Shown here piece by piece: positions 37,920 to 48,731 of a DNA stretch of 64,000 nt. The stretch is from an uncultured Verrucomicrobiae bacterium (GTDB lineage: Bacteria; Verrucomicrobiota; Verrucomicrobiia; Limisphaerales; UBA11358), in assembly GCA_963738245.1 (NCBI GenBank), contig CAVTWB010000011.1, forward strand, positions 83,498 to 147,497, read 5' to 3'. The notes beneath the pieces were generated by a model. The model searched no databases. It saw nothing but the letters and a program-made list of their open reading frames with translations, and was not told the DNA's origin. Numbering within the stretch: the stretch's first letter is position 1; the number at the start of each line of letters is the position of its first letter. Both the position numbers and the translations under genes were made by a program.

Positions 37920-38939
37920 ATGAGCACGAAATTCAAAGCCTACGCCGCCACCGCCAAAGGTCAGCCCCTCACCCCGTTCGAGTTCGATCCCGGCCCGCTC
38001 GGCGGCGAGCAGGTGGAGATCAAGGTCAGCCACTGCGGCATCTGTCATTCCGACCTTTCGATGCTGGACAATGAATGGGGCTTTTCCACCTATCCATTTG
38101 TGCCCGGGCACGAGGTGGCGGGGACGGTTGTGGCAGCCGGCGAACAGGCGAAGCGGGTGAAGGTGGGCGACCGGGTGGGGCTGGGCTGGTTTTCGCGCAG
38201 TTGCCTGCACTGTCCGCAGTGCCTGGCGGGCGACCATAATTTGTGCGCCACGGCGGAGCAGACCATGATCGGCCGGTTCGGAGGATTCGCCGACCGCGTG
38301 CGCTGTCACTGGCTTTGGGCGACCCCGCTGCCGGCGGCCATTGATGCCGTCAAGGCCGGGCCGTTGTTCTGCGGCGGCATCACGGTGTTCAACCCGATTG
38401 TGCAGTGCGGCGTGCAGCCGACCCAGCGCGTGGGTGTGATCGGCATCGGCGGCCTCGGCCACATGGCCCTGCAATTTCTGAACAAATGGGGCTGCGAGGT
38501 GGTGGCGTTCACGTCGAGCGACGCCAAGCGCCAGGACGCGCTGAGCTTCGGCGCGCATGACACGGTCAGTTCGCGCGATTCTGCACAGATGCAAAAGCTG
38601 GCGGGTTCGCTGGATTTCATTTTGGTGACGGCGAATGCGACGCTGGACTGGAATGCCATTCTGGCCACGCTTGCGCCGAAAGGCCGGTTGCATGTGGTGG
38701 GCGCGGTGCCGGAGCCGATTCCGGTGCCAGCCTTCACTTTATTGGCCGGACAGAAGGCGATTTCCGGTTCGCCGCTCGGGAGTCCGGCGACGACGGCGAA
38801 GATGCTCGCGTTTTGCGCGCGACACGGCATTGCCCCGACCATCGAAAAATTCCCGATGTCGCGGGTGAACGAGGCGTTGGAACATTTGCGCGCGGGCAAG
38901 GCCCGTTACCGCATCGTGCTGGAAAACGACATCAAATAA
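37920..38939 (+). CDS. zinc-dependent NAD(P) alcohol dehydrogenase (YahK/cinnamyl-ADH type)
   Basis: VSHCGICHSDLSMLDNEWG..PFVPGHEVAG and GIGGLGH. Confidence 0.9.
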   Translation: MSTKFKAYAATAKGQPLTPFEFDPGPLGGEQVEIKVSHCGICHSDLSMLDNEWGFSTYPFVPGHEVAGTVVAAGEQAKRVKVGDRVGLGWFSRSCLHCPQCLAGDHNLCATAEQTMIGRFGGFADRVRCHWLWATPLPAAIDAVKAGPLFCGGITVFNPIVQCGVQPTQRVGVIGIGGLGHMALQFLNKWGCEVVAFTSSDAKRQDALSFGAHDTVSSRDSAQMQKLAGSLDFILVTANATLDWNAILATLAPKGRLHVVGAVPEPIPVPAFTLLAGQKAISGSPLGSPATTAKMLAFCARHGIAPTIEKFPMSRVNEALEHLRAGKARYRIVLENDIK

Positions 38940-38996
38940 GCGGGCGCGGATTTTTGGTGAAAACTTTTTTCCCCGGGGATAAGCTGGCCCGCCGTT

Positions 38997-39725
38997 GTGA
39001 TGCTCGACCGATTTTTCAAATTTCGCAAACCGCCGGATGCGCCGCCGGAAGCCATGCAGGTCGGCCTGCGGGCGGTGCCGCTGTTGCTGGTGCATCATCC
39101 GCGGGCGCGGCGTTATCTGCTCCGCCTGCGGCCGGACGGCATGGTGCGGGTCACGATCCCGAGGCGCGGGACGGCGGCTGCGGCCCGGGATTTCGCGGCG
39201 CGGAATGCCGGCTGGCTGGAGCAACAATTCCAACGTCTGGCCGCCCAACCGGAACCGCCCGCCGGCTGGCAGCTCGGAACGGAGATCCTTTTCCGCGGCG
39301 AGCCGGTCCGCATCGAACCGGAGGCGGAGGGTTGCATCCGGTTTGGCAACGAACGGGTGAAAGTGGCGGAGGCGTCCGCCGATTTAAGGCCGGTCATCCA
39401 AAAACATCTGCGCCAGCGCGCGGCCCAGGAGCTGCCAGCGCGCGTTTGGGAACTGGCGGCCGGGCACGACATCACGGTGAACCGCGTCTCGGTGCGGAAC
39501 CAGAAATCGCGCTGGGGTTCTTGCTCCCGGCGCGGAACGATTTCGCTGAACTGGCGGTTGATCCAGGCGCCAGAATTTGTGCGCGACTACATCATCCTGC
39601 ATGAGCTGGCCCACCGACGACAGATGAACCACTCGGAAAAGTTCTGGCAGGAGGTGGCGCGGTTGTGTCCGGATTATCGGGAGGCCGAGCGGTGGGTGAA
39701 GCAGAATGCGAGATTGTTAGGATAG
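38997..39725 (+). CDS. YgjP-like M48/DUF45 metallopeptidase-fold protein
   Basis: WGSCSRRGTISLNWRLI...ILHELAHRRQMNHSEKFW (HExxH). Confidence 0.85.
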   Translation: MMLDRFFKFRKPPDAPPEAMQVGLRAVPLLLVHHPRARRYLLRLRPDGMVRVTIPRRGTAAAARDFAARNAGWLEQQFQRLAAQPEPPAGWQLGTEILFRGEPVRIEPEAEGCIRFGNERVKVAEASADLRPVIQKHLRQRAAQELPARVWELAAGHDITVNRVSVRNQKSRWGSCSRRGTISLNWRLIQAPEFVRDYIILHELAHRRQMNHSEKFWQEVARLCPDYREAERWVKQNARLLG

Positions 39726-39796
39726 CGGAAGCGGATTGATTACGCCTGTGGTTTCCAGGCATCGGCTTTCATGTGATTTCAGCGTAACTTTAAATT

Positions 39797-40237
39797 ATGA
39801 AGCCAAAGAAGACACCCGGCATCAGCCGGATTGACCAGCCGTCGCACCGCACGCACGGATTTTTTCTGCGGGCGGCCCGCCTGGGGCAGATCTATTCCGG
39901 TTTTTATTCCGACAAAAAATACGGCGGCCGGGCGCAGGCATTGGCGGCGGCAGTGGAGCATCGCGGCAAGCTGCTAAGAATCCTGGGATTGCCCGCCCAG
40001 AAATCGCGCCGCTATTGGGCGGAACTGCCACGGCGCAAGGGCCGGTCAGGCATCGTCGGGGTGCAGCGTGTGATTGACCGGCATGGCAGGTCGTGGCGGA
40101 AATACTGGCGGGCCACGTGGAGCCCGGAGAAGGGCGTGGTGCGGAAGAAACAATTTTCCATCCGCATTCACGGCGAGGAAAAGGCCCGGGAACTGGCCAT
40201 CCGTGCCCGGCGCGCCGGCGTGCGCAGCATGAAATGA
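39797..40237 (+). CDS. AP2-domain DNA-binding protein (two AP2-like units)
   Basis: GISRIDQPSHRTHGFFLRAAR...GGRAQALAAAVEHR and GIVGVQRVIDRHGRSWRKYWRATW...GEEKARELAIRARRAG. Confidence 0.65.
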   Translation: MKPKKTPGISRIDQPSHRTHGFFLRAARLGQIYSGFYSDKKYGGRAQALAAAVEHRGKLLRILGLPAQKSRRYWAELPRRKGRSGIVGVQRVIDRHGRSWRKYWRATWSPEKGVVRKKQFSIRIHGEEKARELAIRARRAGVRSMK

Positions 40238-40367
40238 AGGCCACCAACCAGCGGAGCAGCGCGGCCTGCACTCACCATTGAACGGCTCGCTCCGCACCAA
40301 ATCGAAGCAAGCCCGGTTGTCCGCCAGCGCCAGTTTCGCCTGCCGGATCGCTTCACGATAACCCTTA

Positions 40368-41349
40368 ATGACATTGCCCATCGAATTTCATATCCGCCAC
40401 CTGGCTCAACGCCACGCGGCGATCCGCCGGGCGGTCACGCCCCTGCCGGGCAGCCGGCCGCGCAATCATTTCAAGCCGCTCAATATTCCCGGCGGCTGCG
40501 ACGGCCTGACCCTGCTGGCGGCGCTCGGTCGCATGGTCGCGAATATGCCGGAGTCCGCGTGGCAGGCGGAGTTTGCCCGGGGCCGGGTCGTGAACCGGGA
40601 ACAGGAACCGGTGGCGGCCACGCAGATCGTCCGCGCCGGGCAGCGCTACCAGCATCTGTTCCCGGACGTGACCGAGCCGGAGGTGAACGGCGCCGTGGAA
40701 ATTTTGCACGAGGATGAGGCGCTGATCGTGGTGAACAAGCCCGCCCCGCTGCCGATGCACGCCGGCGGCAGGTTTTATCTCAACACGCTCCGGCACATCC
40801 TGAACGCGGCCTATCATCCGCAGAAGCCGCAGCCGGCACACCGGCTGGACGCCAACACGACCGGCGTGGTGCTGGTGGCGCGCACGCGGCCTTTTGCCGC
40901 CAATCTGCAATCGCAATTCGCGCAGGCGGCGGGTGGAGAAAATTTATCTGGTCCGCGTGCCGGGCCGGTTGCCCGGGGATGAATTTTATTGCGACGCGCC
41001 CATCAGCGCCGCTTTCGGCGAACGGTGTTCGCGCACGGTGGATTTGGAAAACGGCCTGGCGGCGCGCACGGAATTTCGCCTGCTCCGGCGTCTGGCCGAC
41101 GGCACGAACCTGCTCGAAGCGCGGCCGTTGACCGGACGCACCAACCAGATCCGCGTGCATCTCTGGCATCTGGGGTTTCCGGTGTGCGGCGATGCGATTT
41201 ATCTGCCCGGCGGGAAACTTGGCCACACGCAGACGCTGGCGGTGGGCGATGCGCCGCTCTGCCTCCACGCGGCGCGGTCGAAATTTCTGCATCCGTCGAG
41301 CGGGGAGCCGGTGGAGTTCAACGCCCCCCTGCCCGCCTGGGCAAATTAG
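40368..41349 (+). pseudogene. RluA-family pseudouridine synthase, one frameshift
   Basis: 40368..40982 (..VVNKPAPLPMHAGGRF..HRLDANTTGVVLVART) and 40894..41349 (..YLVRV..LLEARPLTGRTNQIRVHL) in different frames. The switch lies near 40925. Confidence 0.8.
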
Positions 41350-41409
41350 ATTTACGATTGCCGGTCTGCGCGCCACCATGGACGAAGTTTTCAAAGGCAT
41401 CATTGTGAC

Positions 41410-41958
41410 ATGAACAAAAAGAAGGAATTTCCGCTGGCGCAAGTTTATGGCCTGCTTGAACCCGGGCCGGTGGTGCTGTTGAGCACCGCCCGCGCCGGCC
41501 GGTTCGACGTGATGCCGATGTCGTGGCACACGATGATGGAGTTTGTGCCGCCGCTGGTGGGTTGCGTGGTCAGCAGCGCGAACCATTCGTTCGAGGTTTT
41601 GCGCAAGACCGGCGAGTGCGTGATCAACATCCCCACGGCGGATCTGGCCAAAACGGTGGTGGCCTGCGGCAACGCCTCGGGCCGGTCGGTGGACAAGTTC
41701 AAAACCTTCGGCCTCACGCCGGTCGCCGGCACGGTGGTCAAGGCGCCGCTCATCGCCGAGTGTTATGCCAGCCTGGAATGCACGGTGGCGGACCGGAAGC
41801 TGGTGCTGAAATACAATTTCTTCGTGCTGGAAGTGGTCAAGGCGTGGATGGATCCCGGCCGGAAGCGCCCGGAGACGATTCATCATCAGGGCGAAGGCTT
41901 GTTTTTCGTGCCGGGCCGGAAAATCAGCCTGCCCTCGCCAAAAACCTTCTTTTTTTGA
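41410..41958 (+). CDS. flavin reductase-like FMN-binding protein
   Basis: ORF 41410..41958; LLEPGPVVLLSTARAGRFDVMPMSWHTM split-barrel signature. Confidence 0.85.
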   Translation: MNKKKEFPLAQVYGLLEPGPVVLLSTARAGRFDVMPMSWHTMMEFVPPLVGCVVSSANHSFEVLRKTGECVINIPTADLAKTVVACGNASGRSVDKFKTFGLTPVAGTVVKAPLIAECYASLECTVADRKLVLKYNFFVLEVVKAWMDPGRKRPETIHHQGEGLFFVPGRKISLPSPKTFFF

Positions 41959-42187
41959 ACCGGGTTTCGGGCTGCTTCAATCTGACGGTCACCAGTTAAG
42001 CGGGACAAATGAAATACCACCCACTTGGGGGGCTGGACGAACCGGATCTCTGTGATAGTGTAACAAGATTCACTATGCACGTCGCCCAGGTCATCAAAAG
42101 TCGCATGTGATTAATAAACCAAAAAAAAACCCGAACTGACGAATGCCTGACTCAACCTCGTGTCGTCATATTAACAAAAACAAATAA

Positions 42188-44275
42188 ATGAAATTATCTA
42201 CCTTGGACATTCCGTGTCTTTCATGGCTGGCAGGCGGTAAAAAATCTTTGGCCCTGTTGTCTGCCGCCGTCGTTTCTGTCATCGGCCCCATCACGGCCCA
42301 GGCGACGCTGATCGCCTACGAGCCGTTTAATTATTCCGGCTCGCAGATTAACAACGGCACTCCTGTGCCTTCCGGCACGCCCACCCAGACCACGGGCGGC
42401 GGCTGGGTGGCCGGCAACTGGTCTTGTGCGCCCGCTCCCGGCGGTGCCCTGGCTTGGAACTCCGCCGGGCTGACCTACCCTGCTCTGCCGACGGCCAACG
42501 GCTCCATTTCCACCCTCGGTGCCAATTATTTGTATGAAAAGATAGCCAGCGCGCCCACTTCGGGCAGCGTCTGGGTGAGCTTTCTTTTCCAGCAGAATGG
42601 CGACAACGGCGGAACCAGGAACGGCATCATTTTGGAAAACAGCAGCGGCACGGGCGTAATGTTTGCCTACCATCAATACAGCGGCTCCCAAGGTTATCCC
42701 TGCCTGATGGCGATGAGCGGAACGATCTCGGTTGGCACGGAACTGGGAGACAGTTCGGCGCTTCAGACCTATGCCAGCGCGAATCTCTACGTGCTTCAAT
42801 TTACCTATTCCGGCGGGGTGGTCACCAGCATCTCGGTCTATTCCAATCCGACGGCCGGGCAGAGCACGGTGCCGGCGCCCGACTTCACGATCACCTCGGG
42901 CTTGGGCAGCATCGGACAACTCGTTAATTTCGGTTTGGCGAACCCGGCCCCCAACCAGCCTATAACGGTTGATGAATTCCGTGTCGGCACCACCTTCGGC
43001 GATGTCGTGGGTGCGGCGGCCACGGCTCCCACGGTTCCAACCACCCTCACGCTTTCAGTCGCCTCGGGCAAGGAAATCAGTTGGACGGCCAATAATACCG
43101 ACAGTTATCAGCCCCAAAGTTCCACCGACGGCATCACTTGGAACAATCTGGGCGGCGTTTTGGTCGGCAACGCGGTGACCTCGGTCTATGACCCCGCGCC
43201 GGTCGCCTTCTATCAGGTTCTGGATTACACCGTGGGCGGGCCTAGCACGAATCAAATCATCAACGGCAGCTTTGAAATCCCCGACCTCACCGAGAATAGC
43301 GGCGCGTTCGACTGGGTTTCCTCCCCGAATGACACCTACGACAGCGTCTGGGTGACCAACAGTTATGGCTCCATCCTGCCGCATTCCGGCACGAACCTTC
43401 TTTACATGGAAGGAACCACCGCCGCCTCGACCCCCACACCGCCAAACACTTTTGCCTATCAAAATCAGATTCCCGTGACTCCCGGGCTGCCCTACACGGT
43501 GAGTTTTTATGCCGCCAACCCGGTTAAAATTAGTGGAGCCAACCCGCAGTATCTTATCCAGTTTTATGACGGGATGGGCAACTTTATCTCCCAAACAGCG
43601 CCCAGCTTCATGTCCGCCGGAAATTCCTGGACGCTGTTCAGCACCACCGTCACTGCTCCTGTGAACGCCGCCCAGATGGCTGTCAATTTCATCCAGGCCG
43701 TTGGTGCCGGTGCCAGTTCGGATTGGGTTACTTTGATTGATGACGTGTCCATTACCTACCCGACCACCGGCCCGACCAATGTGCTGGCCGCCACGGTTCA
43801 AGCGGGTGCAATCTTCACGGCGACGATTCTGACCAACGGAGTCACGGCCACCGCCGCAACCGGGAATGTCGAGTTCCTGACCAACAGCGTGGATCAGAGC
43901 ACCGGGGCGGTCGGGAGCGGCACCGCCAACAGCACGCCCGCCGTCGTGCCCCCGTCCTACACCGTCACCGCCATCTACTCCGGCGACGGCACCTATCTCG
44001 GCAGCACGAACACCCTGGTGGTGGGCGGCAGCAACTTCGGACCCGGCAAAGGCTCCGTGAGCTTGTCCGGTGGCAATTCCACCGTGGTCATGTCGGGCGT
44101 ATCGGGCAACCAATACGCGTTGGAGCGCGCAACCAATGTCACCTTCACCGCCGGCATTTCAAACTTCCCGACGGCCATTGCCCCGGCCAGTGGCAATGTA
44201 ACCAACGTGGACAACTTCAGCGATCTGGGCGGGGCGCCCAAGGCGGCATTCTACCGGCTGAAATACATCCCATAG
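42188..44275 (+). CDS. large secreted surface protein (CBM-like and Ig-like segments)
   Basis: Signal peptide ..VIGPITAQA, an INGSFE.. jelly-roll-like segment, and [24 protein letters not shown], which resembles a bacterial Ig-like domain. Confidence 0.75.
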   Translation: MKLSTLDIPCLSWLAGGKKSLALLSAAVVSVIGPITAQATLIAYEPFNYSGSQINNGTPVPSGTPTQTTGGGWVAGNWSCAPAPGGALAWNSAGLTYPALPTANGSISTLGANYLYEKIASAPTSGSVWVSFLFQQNGDNGGTRNGIILENSSGTGVMFAYHQYSGSQGYPCLMAMSGTISVGTELGDSSALQTYASANLYVLQFTYSGGVVTSISVYSNPTAGQSTVPAPDFTITSGLGSIGQLVNFGLANPAPNQPITVDEFRVGTTFGDVVGAAATAPTVPTTLTLSVASGKEISWTANNTDSYQPQSSTDGITWNNLGGVLVGNAVTSVYDPAPVAFYQVLDYTVGGPSTNQIINGSFEIPDLTENSGAFDWVSSPNDTYDSVWVTNSYGSILPHSGTNLLYMEGTTAASTPTPPNTFAYQNQIPVTPGLPYTVSFYAANPVKISGANPQYLIQFYDGMGNFISQTAPSFMSAGNSWTLFSTTVTAPVNAAQMAVNFIQAVGAGASSDWVTLIDDVSITYPTTGPTNVLAATVQAGAIFTATILTNGVTATAATGNVEFLTNSVDQSTGAVGSGTANSTPAVVPPSYTVTAIYSGDGTYLGSTNTLVVGGSNFGPGKGSVSLSGGNSTVVMSGVSGNQYALERATNVTFTAGISNFPTAIAPASGNVTNVDNFSDLGGAPKAAFYRLKYIP

Positions 44276-44357
44276 TAAAACTGGTTTGCGAGTCGAACGA
44301 AATATCAGCCAAAGGACGGGCCTGCCGAAACGGCAGGCCCGTCGGGTGACCGCCAAC

Positions 44358-45119
44358 ATGCAAACAGAAACGAAAACAAAAACCGGGTTTACCCTGATTG
44401 AACTGCTGGTGGTCATTGCCATCATCGCGATCCTGGCCGCCATGCTGCTGCCCGCGCTGGCCAAGGCCAAAACCAGGGCCAAGGCGATTGCCTGCAACAA
44501 CAACAACCGTCAAATCGGCCTGGCGATGATGATGTATACCGGCGACTACGCCGACTACCTGCCGCCGTTGAATGACAAGAATTTTAACACCCACTCCACC
44601 AACTGGTATTTCAGGATCATCGACAGCGGCAAATACATCACCAGCAGTTCGACCTCGAACAACGTCTGGCGCTGCCCGGTGGTGATGAATACGGACATTG
44701 ATCCCGCCACGGTGACATACTATGACTCCCCCTGCGAAGGCTATGGTCCGCTGGAAGACACCGGCAACCCCGCCAATGGAGTCATCCGCTACTACCTGGA
44801 TCTCAATGGCAACCCTGAAGGCAGCCGCAAATTAAGTTCCATCCACCGGCCCAGCCAGATCTGGTTGAACGGCGATGTGGGGCGGCCCAAAGCCAATGGC
44901 AACATCAACCAACTGCCACCGAGCGGCTACGTCACGGACATCACCGTCATCAAGCCGGTCATCGGTTCGGGCTGGACGACGGTGCCGGTCAACAAACAGG
45001 CCGCGTGCCGGCACAACAGCATGGCCGTCTTTGCGCTTTGCGACGGGCATGTCGAAAGCTGGAAATGGTTGGATTTGAGCACCGACCTCAACGACGTTTT
45101 TGCCCTCAACTCATTTTAA
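44358..45119 (+). CDS. prepilin-type N-terminal methylation domain protein (DUF1559-like, C-terminal DGHV)
   Basis: From ATG 44358: [38 protein letters not shown] ... [13 protein letters not shown]. Confidence 0.85.
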   Translation: MQTETKTKTGFTLIELLVVIAIIAILAAMLLPALAKAKTRAKAIACNNNNRQIGLAMMMYTGDYADYLPPLNDKNFNTHSTNWYFRIIDSGKYITSSSTSNNVWRCPVVMNTDIDPATVTYYDSPCEGYGPLEDTGNPANGVIRYYLDLNGNPEGSRKLSSIHRPSQIWLNGDVGRPKANGNINQLPPSGYVTDITVIKPVIGSGWTTVPVNKQAACRHNSMAVFALCDGHVESWKWLDLSTDLNDVFALNSF

Positions 45120-45377
45120 GGCGTCGTTGCATTGCCAGATCCAAAGAAATCAGCCGGAACGATTTCTCATTCCGGCTGGCGGGCAATAATGCCTGGCTTC
45201 AAAGCTTCACTTGGCCATGATGCTGACGGTATGCAAGATATGCGCCTGCCCGCCGTCGCCATTGCGGGCCGGCGTCAAAAACCCATTCATCCCCGCCCAA
45301 CCGCCCTTCACCCCGCTACGGGCCGGCGCGTGGCCGGGTTGACCGGTCTTTGCTGATTTCCCTTGTTTTTGATGGTT

Positions 45378-45750
45378 TTTACTCCAGATTTGGTCGGTAA
45401 GCCATATTGACCGGCCGGTAAGCCATATTGACCGGTCTCTTTTCTCTATGGATTAACCGTCAAGCCATATTGACCGGTCAGCGAGCTATATTGACTGGTC
45501 TCCGGTCCTGTTTGATTGGCCGTTAAGCCATATTGACCGCCGGCACCTCCATATTGACCCGTCGTTAAGCCTTATTGCCCGGCCGCCATTCTTTATAGAC
45601 TGGTTGCTGGTCTTTATTGATGGGCCGCCAAGCCATATTGTCCGGTCGTCAAGCTCTATTGACCGGGGACCGCTCTCTATTGACCGGTGGCAGATCAATC
45701 TGGCTTGACGACGATTTTAACTGTCCCGGCGGCCATTTTAACCGGTCCGC
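45378..45750. repeat. array of about 16 contiguous degenerate 21-bp units (consensus GTCAAGCCATATTGACCGGTC)
   Basis: The AAGCCATATTGACCGG core starts at 45399, 45420, 45462, 45483, 45525, 45546, 45567, 45588, 45609, 45630, 45651 and 45672. Every spacing is a multiple of 21, and degenerate copies fill 45441 and 45504. Confidence 0.85.
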
Positions 45751-46205
45751 AACCGGTCTGGTGGGTGGGATTGGGACAGTCGCCGGGAGGTTGTCCGGGA
45801 CAAACCAGCGCTCATTTAAGAGCTGCCGCAATTATTTTCAACTTTTTTTTCATCCCGTCCGGGCCTCCCTTTCAGGAAACCACACTGCCGTGGAGTGCCA
45901 GCCGTAATTTACCCGGGCAAATCAGGCCGGGATAAACTGCCGGCGACCGCTCTTGGACTCACCCTCGAAATCATTCGGCCGGCTGACGCCCGCCGCCGGT
46001 TTGAATGCCGGGGAAGTCTGGCTTGAGTCATTTTGAACTCACCATTGGTTGTCCGGTCAGCGCCCGTTCCTGCCAGGCGCGCTTTTATTGGCGCCCGTGA
46101 TTTTTCCGGCGCCTGGCATGGGCAAGGCTAAGGGGAGGCTGCGATGTTGCGCGGCAAACAAAACGCCAGGCGGGCATCAGAATCCAGACGACCAAAATAA
46201 AACAT

Positions 46206-46832
46206 ATGAAAACTAAAAGAGCCGGCCTCAAGGTGCTGCGGAATTTTTACAAATATCCCGGCCATCAACTCGGGGTCTTTGGCAGCAACGTCGGGGTGAG
46301 CCTCGACGTCACGCTGTTCCTCAACCTGCCGTTTGACCCCAAGGCCGTCTCGGCCCTGGCGGCGGACCTGATCGTCAAACAGGGTGCCCTCCTCACCGGC
46401 GGCACGGTGGCCAAGGCGGCCCGGGACAAGGCCTTTGACGCCTTGACGGACGCGCTCAACGCCGACGCGAACATTGTGGAGAACGTCGTGGGCGCCAACA
46501 TGCAGATGCTCCTCGCCACCGGCTACCTGCCGGTGAACACCAACCACGCCTCGTCGCCCCTGGACGACACGGACATCGTGAGCTTTCTGAACAACGGCAC
46601 CACCCAGGCGCTCCTGCAGTTGCTGCCGGTGCGCAACGCCAAGTCGTATCAGTTGCAGTTGAGCACGGATGGCGGCAAGACGTGGGCGGAGGCGGGCATC
46701 TCCACGCGGGCCACCCGGATTGTGTTCCCCAACCTGACGCCGGGGGCGACGTATTTCGTGCGCGCGCGGGCCATCGGCGGCAGCACCGGCGCGAGCGCAT
46801 GGACCGCCCCCCGTTCCATCATGTCCACGTGA
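46206..46832 (+). CDS. hypothetical protein with C-terminal Fn3-like domain
   Basis: ORF 46206..46832; YQLQLSTDGGKTWAEAG..FPNLTPGATYFVRARAIG. The antisense 46128..46880 ORF is an Arg/Gly-rich artefact. Confidence 0.65.
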   Translation: MKTKRAGLKVLRNFYKYPGHQLGVFGSNVGVSLDVTLFLNLPFDPKAVSALAADLIVKQGALLTGGTVAKAARDKAFDALTDALNADANIVENVVGANMQMLLATGYLPVNTNHASSPLDDTDIVSFLNNGTTQALLQLLPVRNAKSYQLQLSTDGGKTWAEAGISTRATRIVFPNLTPGATYFVRARAIGGSTGASAWTAPRSIMST

Positions 46833-47146
46833 GCGGTGGATATTCACAAGTTGTAGCGTCGAGCCTGCGGCTCGATCCATCAGCGCGCAGCGCCGACACT
46901 ACACCTTTTGATTTCAAAAACAAATTTGCCCGGACCTGACCGGGCAGACGGGCGGCGGGCAGCTTCTGGATTCATTGCCCCCGCCCGCAATTGTTTTAGC
47001 CGTGGATGAAGGCCGGCGCTGTCCGGCGTTCGAGGTCCGCCGTTCTCCTCGCCCGCTCCGTTTCTTGGAATGGAAATCAGCCCCTCCCGCAAACGTGTGG
47101 TTTTTGCCGGTTCCATATTCATGAGGAAAATCCTTATAAACGATTA

Positions 47147-47175
47147 TTGACAAATCAGAAAGCGTAAAATATCAT
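47147..47175 (+). promoter_or_regulatory. near-consensus sigma70 promoter TTGACA-N17-TATCAT facing the cassette array
   Basis: TTGACA at 47147-47152 and TATCAT at 47170-47175. A GTTAGGC core follows at 47223-47229. Confidence 0.45.
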
Positions 47176-47250
47176 GCCCTAAAGCTGAATGTGATTAACC
47201 GCAAAATCAAATATAATGAATAGTTAGGCAGCATTACACACCACACATAT

Positions 47251-47493
47251 ATGAAAAACACACTGATGATAGTTCTATGCAGCGCAGCAATACTTGCGTC
47301 AGGTTGCGCCACATCACATTCCCACTACACAGCTTGGGATTACAAGGTCGTTGATGGATATGTTCCTTCGGACCTCGAAAAAGAGTTGAAGCAGTTGGGC
47401 AGCGACGGATGGGTTGTTGTTTCAGCCACATCACCGAAACCGTTTGGAGACAATACGCCAGCGATTATTGTGATTCTAAAGCGGCAAAAATAG
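47251..47493 (+). CDS. cassette ORF 1: small lipoprotein (DUF4177-like)
   Basis: MKNTLMIVLCSAAILASGC lipobox; WDYKVV...LGSDGWVVVS. Confidence 0.65.
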   Translation: MKNTLMIVLCSAAILASGCATSHSHYTAWDYKVVDGYVPSDLEKELKQLGSDGWVVVSATSPKPFGDNTPAIIVILKRQK

Positions 47494-47511
47494 TAGAGAT
47501 TGAGATATGCT

Positions 47512-47664
47512 GCCTAACAAGTCGCCGGAGCCAACCGCCGTTGGCGCTGAAGCCTGCCCCGTTCTACGGGGTTCCGCTGTCGCGGGCGTAAAGCCCCGTG
47601 GGGCCACGCCCCTTTACGCGGTTCACGCCGCGAGGAAGGCATGGCTCAGCTTTCTACGTTAGGC
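47512..47664 (+). mobile_element. attC-like site 1 (GCCTAAC ... GTTAGGC)
   Basis: R''-like GCCTAAC 47512-47518, GGAGCCAAC, unrelated centre, ATGGCTCAGCTTTCTAC, R'-like GTTAGGC 47658-47664. Confidence 0.6.
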
Positions 47665-47677
47665 CACAGCAAGCGCC

Positions 47678-48007
47678 ATGAAGATATTCAGCATTACCTT
47701 GGTCAGCGCAGTTCTGTTTTGTCTGTTTATGGTTGTTGCGTTTCGCTTGTCTCGCCGTAACCCGCCAGACAAGCTCAAAGCATTGCAGAGTCTTTTGCCT
47801 GCTGATTGGAAGCTGGTGACATGGGGTTGGTGGGAGATGGGCTGGTTTGCCAAGTTTGAGTTTTGTGGCCGTAGATTTGACGTCGGTTCGCACCGAGACG
47901 ACATCGAGATTGTTGAGTTGGTTGGCACAGATAGGCGTGTCGTGGCGACAGAAGGCCAAAAATCACCAGGACAGATTTATGAGTTACTCGCAAAAGCTGT
48001 GGCCTAA
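47678..48007 (+). CDS. cassette ORF 2: membrane-anchored hypothetical protein
   Basis: ORF 47678..48007. Its TAA stop lies inside the GCCTAAC of the next site. Confidence 0.6.
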   Translation: MKIFSITLVSAVLFCLFMVVAFRLSRRNPPDKLKALQSLLPADWKLVTWGWWEMGWFAKFEFCGRRFDVGSHRDDIEIVELVGTDRRVVATEGQKSPGQIYELLAKAVA

Positions 48008-48231
48008 CACCGCGCGAGGCTGTGTGAAAAGTGGCGGAGCGAAATCCGGTAACGATCAAATTTTGGATATGGCGAACTTTGATGAAATGAGCAGGCGGCT
48101 GCGACGGTCGAAAACTGAGTTTTCACACAGCCTCTCGCCGGAGCCAACGGCGGCTGTTCCGCCTTTGGGAGTTTGAAACAAATTCACGCTTGCGGTTTTC
48201 CACGCCGTGGCTCAGCTTTGGATCGTTAGGC
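48002..48231 (+). mobile_element. attC-like site 2, interrupted by a 125-bp TIR element
   Basis: GCCTAAC 48002-48008, GGAGCCAAC 48140-48148, GTGGCTCAGCTTTGGATC, GTTAGGC 48225-48231. Confidence 0.55.
48010..48134. mobile_element. MITE-like insertion, copy 1 (17-19 bp terminal inverted repeats)
   Basis: Begins CCGCGCGAGGCTGTGTGAAAA and ends TTTTCACACAGCCTC. The 147-bp block 48002-48148 is identical to 48732-48878. Confidence 0.6.
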
Positions 48232-48254
48232 CGCTAAATAAAACCATATATTAT

Positions 48255-48728
48255 ATGAAATCACTCGTTTACCCACTAAGTTTAACATTGACTGTTCTTC
48301 TTCTATGCAGTTGTGCCTCCACAAGTTCTCATATTCTTATAGGATCCAGGCGCCCACCAATAAACCCGTCACTTGTGAAGCTCTATCTCCATCCACCAGC
48401 AAATTATGAGGAGGTGGCAGTTGTGTCAGCGGATAGCCGAAATAGTTATGCGGACAGCGCACAAGCGAAGATGGATGTAGCCATCACCAACTTAAAGGCG
48501 GAGGCAGCCGAACTCGGTGCAAACGGCATACTTTTGAGCAGCGCTAATGATCAATACGGTGGTTCTATCGGCAGCATTTCTGCCATTGGAGCTGGTATAG
48601 GCTCTGGTATTGGTAACAATGTGAGTGCTCCCACGTCGACGACAGCATTTTGGTCAGGGACATCCTTTTCTTATCCAATTTTTAATAAGTCAGCAGCTGG
48701 AATAGCGATTTATGTCAAAGAGAACTGA
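48255..48728 (+). CDS. cassette ORF 3: lipoprotein, unknown function
   Basis: From ATG 48255: MKSLVYPLSLTLTVLLLCSC lipobox. The earlier part of ORF 48207.. lies within attC-like site 2. Confidence 0.65.
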   Translation: MKSLVYPLSLTLTVLLLCSCASTSSHILIGSRRPPINPSLVKLYLHPPANYEEVAVVSADSRNSYADSAQAKMDVAITNLKAEAAELGANGILLSSANDQYGGSIGSISAIGAGIGSGIGNNVSAPTSTTAFWSGTSFSYPIFNKSAAGIAIYVKEN

Positions 48729-48731
48729 GAT

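Noticed and set aside
40780-41886. 368-aa minus-strand ORF
   Set aside because: Antisense to the RluA-family gene and the flavin reductase gene. Arg/His/Ala-rich.
46880-47153. Candidate integron integrase upstream of the cassette array
   Set aside because: The only ORFs there (80 and 79 aa, minus strand) are low-complexity and lack any tyrosine-recombinase motif. No intI-like gene exists anywhere in the window, so the array is reported as integrase-less.
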